DNA of 64,000 nt from assembly GCA_035295685.1 (NCBI GenBank), contig DATGIO010000222.1:11606-75605 (forward strand), read 5' to 3'. The position numbers and the translations under genes are program-made. Origin of the DNA: Candidatus Angelobacter sp. (GTDB taxonomy: Bacteria > Acidobacteriota > Terriglobia > Terriglobales > Acidobacteriaceae). This document shows, in pieces, positions 1 through 9,703 of the stretch (positions are counted from its first letter, which is position 1; each line of letters starts with the position of its first letter). The notes below the pieces were generated by a model. The model did not search any database and had not been told where the DNA came from. It saw nothing but the letters and a program-made list of their open reading frames with translations.

Positions 1-982
1 ACTTGATTGCAAGCCCTTCGTTTTCGCACATCTCGCGGAAGTCGGGAATATCGGAAGAGATGATGGGCAGGCCGTATTGCGCCGCCAGGTGCGCCACCCC
101 GCTGGCTCCCGTGGCGGAAGAATAAGGCAGAACCATGACCGAAGAGGCGCTGAAAAGCTCCTGCAACGTGTTCTCGGGCACGTAACCCCTTACCTCGATT
201 TCAGGATTGCCGCGATATTTTGCCTGCAACGCTTCAATATAACCAGGAGAATTGCCATTATTTGCACCGGCGATGACCAGCCGGGCGTTAGGCATTTGTT
301 TAATGACTTCCTGAAAACTCTCGATCAACAGTTCACACCGCTTGTACGTGCCCCACTTGCCGAAAGCAAGAATCCGATGATGAGGATTTCCACGAAGAGA
401 AAAGTCCGGCCGCACGGGACGCGCAGAGAAGATACCGTGTGCGCGAAAATGAATATTTTCTCCCCGATACTTATCGATGAGCGTGCGGCGGTACGCGGGG
501 AGGAGCACCGAGACCGAGTTCGCCATCAGGATCATGCGAGTGGCGAAATTGCCAGCGATCCTGAACAGAGTCTTGTTGCGAACGCCTGCGTCATCCAGGC
601 TGATATGGTCCATCAGGTGATGCAGCGTGACGTGGGTGTAATAACCGGCCATACGGGTCGCAGCGGGAAGGCTCAGGCCGGAGAAGGCGGAAAATGGATG
701 GTCCTTGTTGCCGAAGCTGGAGAAGATAAGGTTGAACCATACGATATCCGGCTTCGCCTCCCGCAAGGCCCGCAAAAGCATCCAGTGGTTCTTGAAACCG
801 TTCACTTCCCAGGAGCGCTCCACAATAAAGTCCGACAGTTCGGGCTGCGGTTCCTGCAGCTTATCGGCAAGAATCGTGAGGCTTATGAGAGGATCGGCCT
901 GAAGTTCGCGGGCGACATGAAATCCGTATTCGTTCAGCGGAGTTGTGCTCGGCGGAAAAGGACTTACCAGACAGATTTTCAT
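1..982 (-). CDS. Glycosyltransferase, GT4 / GT-B family (3' end lies beyond window start)
   Basis: It is missing from the ORF track because its stop lies left of position 1. Reverse-strand translation from ATG 982..980 (GGAGG 5 nt upstream) reads MKICLVSPFPPSTTPLNEYGFHVARELQ...HRILAFGKWGTYKRCELLIESFQEV...ARLVIAGANNG...VMVLPYSSATGASGVAHLAAQYGLPIISSDIPDFREM. This is a typical two-Rossmann GT4 pattern. The listed + ORF 77..985 is its antisense shadow. Confidence 0.8.
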   Translation of the reverse strand, partial: MKICLVSPFPPSTTPLNEYGFHVARELQADPLISLTILADKLQEPQPELSDFIVERSWEVNGFKNHWMLLRALREAKPDIVWFNLIFSSFGNKDHPFSAFSGLSLPAATRMAGYYTHVTLHHLMDHISLDDAGVRNKTLFRIAGNFATRMILMANSVSVLLPAYRRTLIDKYRGENIHFRAHGIFSARPVRPDFSLRGNPHHRILAFGKWGTYKRCELLIESFQEVIKQMPNARLVIAGANNGNSPGYIEALQAKYRGNPEIEVRGYVPENTLQELFSASSVMVLPYSSATGASGVAHLAAQYGLPIISSDIPDFREMCENEGLAIK

Positions 983-1112
983 TGACCTCCACCAGAAGCC
1001 CACGCCAAGGCATCGAGGCCTGTGAAGCTCGATGGAGAAGCCTTTTGCGGCGTGCGCAAGAATAATGAAGCCGTGATTCCACGGCGATAACGTAGTGTGT
1101 AGTTCATGTTCC

Positions 1113-4100
1113 TCAGAAGAACGATAGTTTCACTACGGGCCGAAAGGTCGTAGTTTTGCCGGGTCCAGTAAAGCTATAGAACGACTGTTGCTGAAGGCCA
1201 AACGAGAGCCGCAACGGATAGTCGACGGAGATGCCGCCGGAACCATCGCTGATGTTCCGGCGAACCGTTTTCATGTAGGAGACCAGAAAGCCGGTCTCAA
1301 AATTGTCGTACAGATGGAAGCCCTCGCCGCGGGTGAAGTCGAAGGCGCCGTCCACCGACCAATGCTCCTTCGGCCGATATTCAACACGAGCACCGGGCAC
1401 GATGATCTGTGCCTGGGCAAACGTGCGATCTTGGACGCGCCACGAACGCACATACCTTCCCAAACCGGTGACCGCCAAGTTGCGATTGAACTTGTGCTTG
1501 ATGCCGCCCCAGGTCGATGTCGTGAAAAATTCGCGGGCTTCGGGATGAAATAAAAGATCTCGAACCGAGTATCCGGTAACTAACGCATTATTTCCCCAAG
1601 GCTGGCCCACTTCGAATTCAAGAGAGGCCCCGAGATCACGAGAGCTAAGATTCTGATCGGTGAACGGCCCAGATTCGTGGATGGCAGAACCTCGTACGGT
1701 GATCCAGTTGTAGATGGGGGACGTATTGAGATAGAGAAACTGGCGGAAAAGATTCTGGTTCAGGGCCACCGGCGAGTCGGTATCACGGCGGACAGTAAAT
1801 TCCAGTCCAGGATTAAATACAACGTGCGTGTTACCAACCCGCAGCACCGGTGTGACGCCAACATTGAACAGCGTGTCGAAGGTATTGCGATGGCTGATCA
1901 ATAGCTGACTTGGAATCGAGACCGTACCCTGGAAGTTTCGCTCACCGAAATAGCCATTGATGGGGAGCATGCTTTCAGGGTGATAGTGGAAAGTCGCTCC
2001 GATTTCGGTGGCTTGCTGCGACCTTGGGGGAACCGGGGCACCGAAGAGCTTGTTATCCATTTCGTAAATCGTGGCGTCCTCGAAAATCGCTCCGCTTTCC
2101 AATCCGCTCAGCATATTCACATTGGGGCCGATCTGCGTACCTTCCTGAGCCGCCAGCGACATCAGGCCGCGTTCAGCGGCAAGATCATCGGCAGCGAGAC
2201 GGTTGGCGTGGGCAAAAGAGGTGATGGCCTTTATCGTGTCATGGCGCTGGTTATAGATATTTGCCCACGCCATCTGGTAGTCATAGTTCTGCTCATAGTC
2301 TGAAGGATTTCCAAGCGCCAACAGGGCTTCCTGCGCGCGGCGGTCGTCGCCCTGGGCAATGTATACATCGGCTAGTCCGATGGCCACCATCTCGTCGGAC
2401 GCACCCAAGTCCTTGGATTTCTCCAGATAACGCGTGGCCAGATCGAAATCATGCGTACTCAGAAAGATATTGGCGGCTTCCAGCAGATTATCAGTGGTTA
2501 CAGGAGGCGCTTCTCCAATGCGCGATTCGGCAAATGCCAGCGCCACTTCCTGGCGCGCATCTTCATATCTGCCATCGGCCACGAATAGCCGTGCGAACTC
2601 CAGGCGCACGCCCACGCGGTCGGAGTCGGGTGCGTTGAGGGCGCGCGTGAATCTCTGCAGCGCGGCTTCCCTATCACCGAGAGATAAGAGCGCATCGCCG
2701 GTGGTCATGAGAATGGTGGATTGATCGGCAGCCCGGCTTTCGGCGGCGTCGATATAGCGGAGCGTCTCAGGGCGATGTCCCAGGCGAGCATGAGCGGTCG
2801 CCATGCTGGCGTAGATCAAGGCATCATCGGGAGCGAGGTGCAACGCACTCTCCAGTTCGACAATCGACTGGCCGTAATGGCGCGCATGATAGAGCGTATC
2901 CGCCAAGGCCAGATGCAGTTTCAGATCGTCCGGAGCGTAGCTTAGCGCCAGTCGAAACTCTTTCTCGGCTTTTTGCAGGTCACGCATCTGCCGGTATGCC
3001 GTAGCCCGCGACATGTGTGTAGCGCCGGATTCGCCCAAGAGTTTTTCTGCTACCTCAGTTTCATCCAGGGCCTCGCGAGAGTGGTGTAGCTGAAGGTTGG
3101 AGAGGGCCAGACCAAGATGGGCGATGCCATTGTTGGGGGTGAGTTTGAGCGCAGGTTCAAAATCGCGAATCGCAGCCTGGGCATCCTGCATATCGTTGCG
3201 GACGTAGCCACGGTTCACATAAGCCTCGACCATTTGCGGGTCGCGCGCGAGCGCGCGCGAATAGTCGTCAATGGCCTGCTGCAACAATTCATTCTGTTTA
3301 TGGACGTGGCCCGCAAGCAGCGGGAAGTTCGCCTCTTTCGGCAAGACGTTTTCATAGCGGCTCACGAGCGCCAGCGTGTCGTCATAACGGCCCAGGTTGT
3401 AGAAATCATAGGCAAGGTAAACCGCAACATCGCGGTCCTTGGGCAGTTTCTTGATGACCTGTTCCCCGAGCCGGGCGGATTCGCGGAAGTTGCCGGAGTG
3501 GAACTGATAGCGCTCATCCTCGCGCATCACGCGGGGATCGTTCTTCATGGTTCCGGTTGCGCGCGCCAGCCATTGCCCGGCCAGAGGGATCGCATGCCCC
3601 TCGATGGCCGCGTTGGCGGCGCTAGCGACGATCAGAGAATTGGTCGGCGCCAGCTTATAGCCCTTTTCGTAGCTGGCTTCGGCTTTGGAGAAATCATGGA
3701 TCGCCGTGTACATGTCTCCGAGGGCGAGGTAAGGCACATAGTCATCCGGATAGGCTGCCGCCAGCCGGTTGAAATACATCTCCGCTTCCGGAATGTTGTT
3801 CTCGTCGCGGGAGAGATACCCCAGTCCTTCAAGCGCGTAGCGATTCTTGGGGTCGCGCTGCAACAAGGAGACATAGACTCTCTTGGCCTCCGCCTTCAGG
3901 CCCACCTTCCAGAGCAAACTGCCATATTGCAGGGTAACGTTGTCGTTGTTCGGATCGATCTTCAAGGCTTCCTGCAGATCTGCCTGAGCACCATCGACAT
4001 CATTGCTTAGAATCTTCACAGAGGCACGCAAGCCCAAATACAAAACACGCTCAGGCCCTTCAATCTGCAGTTTCGCCAGTTCGTCTTTCGCAATATTGAG

Positions 4101-5315
4101 CTGCTGTTCGATGGCCGGTGCGTCGCTGCTCTCCTTGTATGTCCCGATCAAAGAAAGACGCACCTGGGTGCGATACAGAATGCCCTCGGCGGGACTTTCG
4201 GGCATGTTGGCGAGAGCCGCAAGATATTCAGTGGCCGCATCGGTGTCGCGGCGCTCCAATTTCGCCAAATCTCCGCGAATCGCATGAAGACGATAGTGAT
4301 TGGCATCAAGCTGCTGGGCGCGGGCGAGGAAGGTTCGGGTCTTATCGAGATCGCTGACCCGCATCTGCGCCTGAGCGGCGGAGAGTTGGAGATTGATCAC
4401 GTTCGGCGCCATGCCGGCGGCCTTTTCGTATGTGTCCGCAGATTCCTTCTTCTGCCCGGCGAGTTCATACGTATACCCAAGCTCCGCAAAAAGATCCGCA
4501 TTTCGAACGGGGGCGCGCTTCAAGGTTTCAATTGCAGACTTGTAATCGTGGGTCTCACGATAAAACTGAGCGACTGCGCGAAAGATGTCGGGATTTTTGG
4601 GGCTGCGGGCGCTGGCGCGATCCAGCAAGGCCTTCGCTCTATCGGGCTGCTTGAGCTTCATATAGGCAATCGCCAGCAGCAATTCCGCGTGCGCGGAAGG
4701 CTCCTGCGCTTCCGACCGCTCCAGTAATCCTCGGGCCGTGGAGAGATCCCCAGATTGCATAAACAGCTCACCGGCCATGGCAAGATCGGTGGGGCGGCGT
4801 GGATTGGCCGCAATCACCTCAAGTAACAGACGCTTGGCTTCATCGGCCTTGCCCATTTTTATATAGGTTTGCGCCATGCCCGAAAGGCCTTCCACCGAGT
4901 GAGGCGCGAGTTGCAAGCCTCGGGTAAACGCACCTAGCGAAACCTGAGACTGCCCGGCTAAGCGGGCGGCGTATCCAAGAAGAAACCAATGACGCGGGTC
5001 GTTGGGAGCGACCTGGGTGAGCCGCTGCGCGTAGTTCATGGCGGCCGCGTGATTGCCTCGCTTCAATGCATCGGAAGTGGCACGGGCATAGCGACCGGTC
5101 TCAATGCTTCCACCGAACTGTCCGAGGCCGCCGGACGAAGATTGGCCCTCTGACGACGCCGTAGAGCTTTGATTCCCCTTTTTTTGCGGATGCTTCTGCT
5201 GATTTTCAGAAGAAGGACTGTTGATCTCGAAGGTCTGCGCCCACGCACAATTGAGCGTGGCGCCGAATAAGATGGCAAAGCAAAAAAAAGCAAAACCCAA
5301 AAAGATACGTTTCAC
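1113..5315 (-). CDS. Giant TPR-repeat protein with C-terminal beta-barrel (BcsC/PelB/PgaA-like exopolysaccharide export scaffold/porin)
   Basis: The ORF is 1113..5507. I start it at GTG 5315 because VKRIFLGFAFFCFAILFGATLNCAWAQ is a signal peptide, whereas the 64 upstream codons are not. About 1000 aa of TPR-like repeats follow. The last ~330 aa show alternating-hydrophobic strands and end in ...RPVVKLSFF, the aromatic C-terminus typical of outer-membrane barrels. The gene sits directly upstream of the GT4 gene on the same strand. Confidence 0.7.
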   Translation of the reverse strand: MKRIFLGFAFFCFAILFGATLNCAWAQTFEINSPSSENQQKHPQKKGNQSSTASSEGQSSSGGLGQFGGSIETGRYARATSDALKRGNHAAAMNYAQRLTQVAPNDPRHWFLLGYAARLAGQSQVSLGAFTRGLQLAPHSVEGLSGMAQTYIKMGKADEAKRLLLEVIAANPRRPTDLAMAGELFMQSGDLSTARGLLERSEAQEPSAHAELLLAIAYMKLKQPDRAKALLDRASARSPKNPDIFRAVAQFYRETHDYKSAIETLKRAPVRNADLFAELGYTYELAGQKKESADTYEKAAGMAPNVINLQLSAAQAQMRVSDLDKTRTFLARAQQLDANHYRLHAIRGDLAKLERRDTDAATEYLAALANMPESPAEGILYRTQVRLSLIGTYKESSDAPAIEQQLNIAKDELAKLQIEGPERVLYLGLRASVKILSNDVDGAQADLQEALKIDPNNDNVTLQYGSLLWKVGLKAEAKRVYVSLLQRDPKNRYALEGLGYLSRDENNIPEAEMYFNRLAAAYPDDYVPYLALGDMYTAIHDFSKAEASYEKGYKLAPTNSLIVASAANAAIEGHAIPLAGQWLARATGTMKNDPRVMREDERYQFHSGNFRESARLGEQVIKKLPKDRDVAVYLAYDFYNLGRYDDTLALVSRYENVLPKEANFPLLAGHVHKQNELLQQAIDDYSRALARDPQMVEAYVNRGYVRNDMQDAQAAIRDFEPALKLTPNNGIAHLGLALSNLQLHHSREALDETEVAEKLLGESGATHMSRATAYRQMRDLQKAEKEFRLALSYAPDDLKLHLALADTLYHARHYGQSIVELESALHLAPDDALIYASMATAHARLGHRPETLRYIDAAESRAADQSTILMTTGDALLSLGDREAALQRFTRALNAPDSDRVGVRLEFARLFVADGRYEDARQEVALAFAESRIGEAPPVTTDNLLEAANIFLSTHDFDLATRYLEKSKDLGASDEMVAIGLADVYIAQGDDRRAQEALLALGNPSDYEQNYDYQMAWANIYNQRHDTIKAITSFAHANRLAADDLAAERGLMSLAAQEGTQIGPNVNMLSGLESGAIFEDATIYEMDNKLFGAPVPPRSQQATEIGATFHYHPESMLPINGYFGERNFQGTVSIPSQLLISHRNTFDTLFNVGVTPVLRVGNTHVVFNPGLEFTVRRDTDSPVALNQNLFRQFLYLNTSPIYNWITVRGSAIHESGPFTDQNLSSRDLGASLEFEVGQPWGNNALVTGYSVRDLLFHPEAREFFTTSTWGGIKHKFNRNLAVTGLGRYVRSWRVQDRTFAQAQIIVPGARVEYRPKEHWSVDGAFDFTRGEGFHLYDNFETGFLVSYMKTVRRNISDGSGGISVDYPLRLSFGLQQQSFYSFTGPGKTTTFRPVVKLSFF

Positions 5316-5812
5316 GGGACCACCGATTCCCTCATAGCGAGTTGTGGATAGGGGGCACCTCAGACCATCGTTCCCTTTGGGGTCTCGGATGCTTTTGTCA
5401 TCAACCAAAGCGAACATCACGTCGTTTCGAAAGGTCAGATCCTTTCCAGGACTTATGTCCTGGGCCTGAAGTTTTTTTATCTTTGCCTGCCGACAAAGCA
5501 GGTGCAAATGGTCAACCGGCGGAGAAATGCCACCGTGGGCCGGCCAGCAGCAACTCCGCTTTCAAGATTGAAGATGCCATTCCAGCCTTTGAGGATTGCC
5601 TGCGTGCTGCTTTTACGCACGACTTGCGGGCCAACCTGTCCGGATGGCACAGACTACAACGGCCTATAGGACACCGTTGGGTATGTCCATAACCCTTGAC
5701 CCATGCTAAGGAAACCCGGTGCATCCATCGAGAATCAAAGCTGCTGTCGCAGGAAGACTGCTACCGATTCGACCACTCCGATTTTGACGACTCCCATAAG
5801 CCGGAGGTTTTC

Positions 5813-7585
5813 ATGAGTTCCACCGTTGCGTCCGGGCGCGCTGTTCCTGCTCTTAACCGGACGATACCGCTGACATGGATCATCTTGCTGGCATTGGCCG
5901 TACATGGGCCTCTGCTGCTCATGCAACTGCCCAACGATAGCTACGACGCCAACCTCCACAAATTCTTTGCCTCGCACTATGCGCACCACTGGTTCGATCC
6001 ATGGAATGAAAAGCAGTTCACGGGTTTCTCACAGACGACGTATCCGCCGCTTCAACAGCAGTGGATGGCCCTTTTTTCCCACGTAATGAGCCTGAATCTG
6101 GCTTATATGCTGGTGCAGTTCATCGCCATTGCGCTGCTGCCGGTGGGGGTGTTTCGCTATGCGCGAATCTGGGTGAGTGAGCGGGCGGCAAGCTATGCGG
6201 CAGTGGGCAGCATATTCCTGGGCTCCTTATCGTTCCTGGTTTACGGCTCAGGCCAGCTTTCAACCACCTGCGCGGCACCTCTCTATTTGAACGCGTTGCC
6301 CTATTTTTACGAGTGGTCGCGGGAAGCCAAGGGGAAGGCATTCATCAAAGGACTGGCTCTTATCCTGGCGGCGGCTGCCGCTCACCACGTCACTCTTATT
6401 TTCGGCAGCATACTCTTTGCTCTGCCGGTGCTGGGAACGGCGATCCTGGACCGAAAGAAAGACGGAGCCGATGCAAGCATCGGCGGAGTCGCCGGACGGG
6501 CCATTCTCTTTGCGGTACTGACAATTGTGGGAGTCGGCATTGTGCTTCTGCCGTACTGGATCAGCCTGTACCACAACCCAATCAAGCAGATGCCAATTCC
6601 GCACCCCAGCCGCGAGAACTACCTAGCCAGGATGGACTGGACACTCAATTACCTAGTGATTCCGTGGGGGGCTCTTGCGCTGGCGCTGCCCTTCATCTTT
6701 CTTCGCGGCATGAAAGAGAGCAGGTTCAGGCCGCTGTTCCTGGGATTTTGGCTGACCTTGATCTTTGCCCTGGGTGGAACCACGCCTCTGCCAAGGTGGC
6801 TGCTAGGGCGCGCCTTTGAGGTTCTTACTTTCGAGCGCTTTGCATTTTGGGCAAGCCTCATGGCGCTGCCGTTCGTGGGGATCTTGGCGGTGGAACTCAT
6901 CGACCGTTTTGGCAGGCCAGCGATGGTAGGCCTGGGAGCTTTAGCTTCGCTGACCATGGCCATGGCGGTTGCGTGGCCGATCTATCACGTCTTTCACGAT
7001 CCGCCTTTCGACGTGCATGACCTCACTGCATTCCTGAATCGCGACGGACACGATAAATTCCGATACATCACCCTTGGGTTTGGCGCCAACAAGATGGATG
7101 AGGTTGCGACTTACACCACTGCCAACAGCGTGGATGGTGACTACAACTCAGCCCGTCTGCTTCCGGAGATGACGCAATACGGAGCGGCAGCTCTCACGAA
7201 TTCCAAATATTACGGCATCAACGGAATGGAGGCCTTACGGGCCATTCTGAAACATGCAAGCCAATATGGACTGAAGTACATCTTCGTTCGCGATCCGTAC
7301 TACGAGCCGCTGCTGGCTTTTGCCGGATGGCGCAAGGAAGAAGTCTATGACCGGGGCGCCGTAACGCTGTGGGGGAAAGATGGCATTCCGCCGGCCCGCA
7401 AGACCGAGTACGGGATACGGCCCACGGCGTTGGAAGGATTTCTCTGGGGCACGCTGCCGTTCGGCAGCAGCATCCTGGCCCTGATCCTGGTTCTGGCGTT
7501 TCCGGATCGCCGGCGCAAAGCGGAGCCCCTTAGCTTCCCCATCGTACCCGCGAAAGAGCCGGTTGTTTTTAAGGAGGCCCAGTAA
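5813..7585 (+). CDS. Polytopic membrane protein, GT-C-like (putative glycosyl/polymer transferase)
   Basis: ATG 5813 is preceded by GGAGG (5803..5807). The protein has at least 10 hydrophobic helices and an acidic LPNDSYD motif after the first helix. A soluble ~150-aa segment (DGHDKFRYITLGFG...YGLKYIFVRDPYYEPLL) precedes a final TM helix. The fold assignment rests on pattern only. Confidence 0.55.
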   Translation: MSSTVASGRAVPALNRTIPLTWIILLALAVHGPLLLMQLPNDSYDANLHKFFASHYAHHWFDPWNEKQFTGFSQTTYPPLQQQWMALFSHVMSLNLAYMLVQFIAIALLPVGVFRYARIWVSERAASYAAVGSIFLGSLSFLVYGSGQLSTTCAAPLYLNALPYFYEWSREAKGKAFIKGLALILAAAAAHHVTLIFGSILFALPVLGTAILDRKKDGADASIGGVAGRAILFAVLTIVGVGIVLLPYWISLYHNPIKQMPIPHPSRENYLARMDWTLNYLVIPWGALALALPFIFLRGMKESRFRPLFLGFWLTLIFALGGTTPLPRWLLGRAFEVLTFERFAFWASLMALPFVGILAVELIDRFGRPAMVGLGALASLTMAMAVAWPIYHVFHDPPFDVHDLTAFLNRDGHDKFRYITLGFGANKMDEVATYTTANSVDGDYNSARLLPEMTQYGAAALTNSKYYGINGMEALRAILKHASQYGLKYIFVRDPYYEPLLAFAGWRKEEVYDRGAVTLWGKDGIPPARKTEYGIRPTALEGFLWGTLPFGSSILALILVLAFPDRRRKAEPLSFPIVPAKEPVVFKEAQ

Positions 7586-8679
7586 TGAGCCGCGTGCTGG
7601 CAATCGCTTTTATGGTGCTCACGGTAGCGCTAATCGTCGCCGGCAATGTGCACCACAGCAAGACCGCGCCCGCATCTTCGCCGGAGGGCGCGGTGCAGTC
7701 TTTGTTCGCCAACGTCAAAGACCACAACCTGAATGCCGCGTACTCCTATGTTGCTCCTTCGAGCAACGTCGATTTTCAGGATTTCCAACGGGAGATGCAG
7801 GGCCGCGACAGCAGCTTGCGCTCTTATTCCCAGCTTGAAAGCGTGAATCCGCGGGTGATGCACGAAAGCGAGAATGAGGCGCTCGTGCGAACCGAGCTGA
7901 AATATTCAACGGCTGTGGGAGCTTTCTACGACACTCGCGACCTGAAGGTCGCCAAGGACGACGGAACGTGGAAGGTGCAATGGCCCGCTCAAAAAGAACA
8001 ACCTCTGCCGCCGCAGGTTATTCCGGTGAACTATTTGCGCTGGGACGTAATCTGGCGCGGTCCAGGCGACGACTGGGGCGCACAGAATGTAGAGAATCCT
8101 CATGTGCGCATCCTCTCGATGACGGCTAGCGAACACGATGGCGGCATCTCGATTTTGGGCGAGATCGTCAACGAGGATACGATTCCGGCTTTTGTTTCGG
8201 TGGACGCCACCCTGGTGGGCAAGAACGGCCAGGATCTTGCCGAAGAAACCAGCTTCGATAAGGTTTCGCACGTCTTGCTGCCCAAGGAAGTTTCTCCTTA
8301 CCGCGTCGACTTTCCACAACGCTCGCTGGGGGAGGTCAAGAACGTCCGCCTGCGACCCGACTCCATGCTTGTGCCGGCTTCGGCAGATCCTGTGATTGGC
8401 GTGCTCCATCAGCGCATCGAGAAGGACGCCAAAGGACGCACAGTCCTGAAGGGCGAACTGCTGAATGAAAGTGGGCAGACGGTGAATATTCCCCATGTGC
8501 TTGCTACGTTCTACAACGATTCCGGCAAGGTGATCTGGGTTTCGGATGGATACCTGGACCAGGCATTGAGGCCACAGACGCCACAACCATTTGCCGTGGA
8601 CCTGCGCGACGACTTAGCAAGCAGCGCGCACAGCTATCGGGTCACGGTGAACCAATACAGCGTGAACCGCCGCGACTAG
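7585..8679 (+). CDS. N-terminally anchored exported protein with two FxLYD-like beta-rich repeats
   Basis: The start overlaps the previous stop (TAATG), with AAGGAGG at 7571..7577. There is an N-terminal TM helix (MSRVLAIAFMVLTVALIVAG). An internal duplication is visible: LGEIVNEDTIPAFVSVDATLVGKNGQDL...PYRVDF versus LKGELLNESGQTVNIPHVLATFYNDSGKVI...PFAVDL. Confidence 0.6.
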   Translation: MSRVLAIAFMVLTVALIVAGNVHHSKTAPASSPEGAVQSLFANVKDHNLNAAYSYVAPSSNVDFQDFQREMQGRDSSLRSYSQLESVNPRVMHESENEALVRTELKYSTAVGAFYDTRDLKVAKDDGTWKVQWPAQKEQPLPPQVIPVNYLRWDVIWRGPGDDWGAQNVENPHVRILSMTASEHDGGISILGEIVNEDTIPAFVSVDATLVGKNGQDLAEETSFDKVSHVLLPKEVSPYRVDFPQRSLGEVKNVRLRPDSMLVPASADPVIGVLHQRIEKDAKGRTVLKGELLNESGQTVNIPHVLATFYNDSGKVIWVSDGYLDQALRPQTPQPFAVDLRDDLASSAHSYRVTVNQYSVNRRD

Positions 8680-8809
8680 GACAACAGGGCATAAGCAGGG
8701 ACTCAGGACCAAGATGCGGGCTTCGGTCGACCACAAGATGGGGCGGTGAATGTTGATTCGAGAGAGAACTGCCATGGGTTTTGAAAGAGACGGCAACGAT
8801 CCAACGCGT

Positions 8810-9703
8810 ATGACCATGAGGCTGTTTATCCTTATTGCGCTTGCTATCCTGGTCGCCTGGTTTGCCGCGGACAGCGCCCGCGCCGATGGATCCCAGGACG
8901 GCAATCTTCGGCTTCCACCCAACCCGGTCGCAGGACAGCCAATGTCTGTGGGAGCAGGACACGAAGGCGGAGGGACGCTCTACCTGATCGGCCCCGGCCA
9001 AGTCATTCGGCGAGAGGTGAAAGAAGGCGGCGAGGTACAGATCAAGGGAGAAGAGTTACGCAGCGCAGGCCGCTGGGTTGCCATTCTGAAATCGGGTGGC
9101 TCGAGTTCGTCCAAGGTATTTTGGGTGAAGGAAGGCACGCCGGAAAGCCTCAGCTTCCTTGCTCATCCCTCACGCGTTCCGGTCGCCAGGCAAGGCGTGA
9201 TCAACGGCTTTGTGTTTGTCTTCGACAGGTTCCACAACCTCATCCTGCAACCAACCCCGGTCAACTTCTCGCTCTCGGTTGGTGGAGCTGGGGCAACGCA
9301 TACAGTCGCAAGCCGCGATGGGCTGGCTTCCATCGATGCGTCATCGGCGGCAAAAGAGGGAGCGGCGCAGTTTGTGGCCTCGGTGGGCAATGTTTCAGTA
9401 CGCCGCGTGGTGCAGCAAGTGGCCTCCGAACCTTGCAACCTGCGGATGCATGTAGCGCAGCGGACCAAGGATGCGGTAATCATTGAAACCGATCCCGTTC
9501 GAGATTGCTCGGGAAATGCGGTACCGGACGGCACGATCGTTACGTTCATGCAAACGGACGCCACAGGCAAGAGCATGGTGGATGCACGAATCAAAAAAGG
9601 AATTGCTCAAGCCCAGCTACCGCTTTCCAGCGACGCAACCATCTCGGTGGCTTCGGGAGTCGTGCTGGGAAACAATGAGCTGCGGATTGGAGGCGGACGG
9701 TGA
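8810..9703 (+). CDS. Exported hypothetical protein, bacterial Ig-like (Big-type) segments
   Basis: The ORF is 8750..9703. I prefer ATG 8810 because MTMRLFILIALAILVAWFAADSARA is a signal peptide. The C-terminal segment DGTIVTFMQTDATGKSMVDARIKKGIAQAQLPLSSDATISVAS resembles invasin/Big_1 strands. The start is uncertain (8750, 8774, 8810 or 8816). Confidence 0.55.
   Translation: MTMRLFILIALAILVAWFAADSARADGSQDGNLRLPPNPVAGQPMSVGAGHEGGGTLYLIGPGQVIRREVKEGGEVQIKGEELRSAGRWVAILKSGGSSSSKVFWVKEGTPESLSFLAHPSRVPVARQGVINGFVFVFDRFHNLILQPTPVNFSLSVGGAGATHTVASRDGLASIDASSAAKEGAAQFVASVGNVSVRRVVQQVASEPCNLRMHVAQRTKDAVIIETDPVRDCSGNAVPDGTIVTFMQTDATGKSMVDARIKKGIAQAQLPLSSDATISVASGVVLGNNELRIGGGR

Noticed and set aside
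77-985. 302-aa + strand ORF at the left edge
   Set aside because: It is Arg-rich with no recognisable motifs. The opposite strand encodes a clear GT4 glycosyltransferase with a good RBS, so this ORF is its antisense shadow.
5316-5812. Possible c-di-GMP or other riboswitch in the ~500-nt divergent region between the TPR-barrel and GT-C-like genes
   Set aside because: There are only short generic hairpins (CCTGC...GCAGG, CCAGGA...TCCTGG). I saw no recognisable GEMM-type conserved core on either strand.
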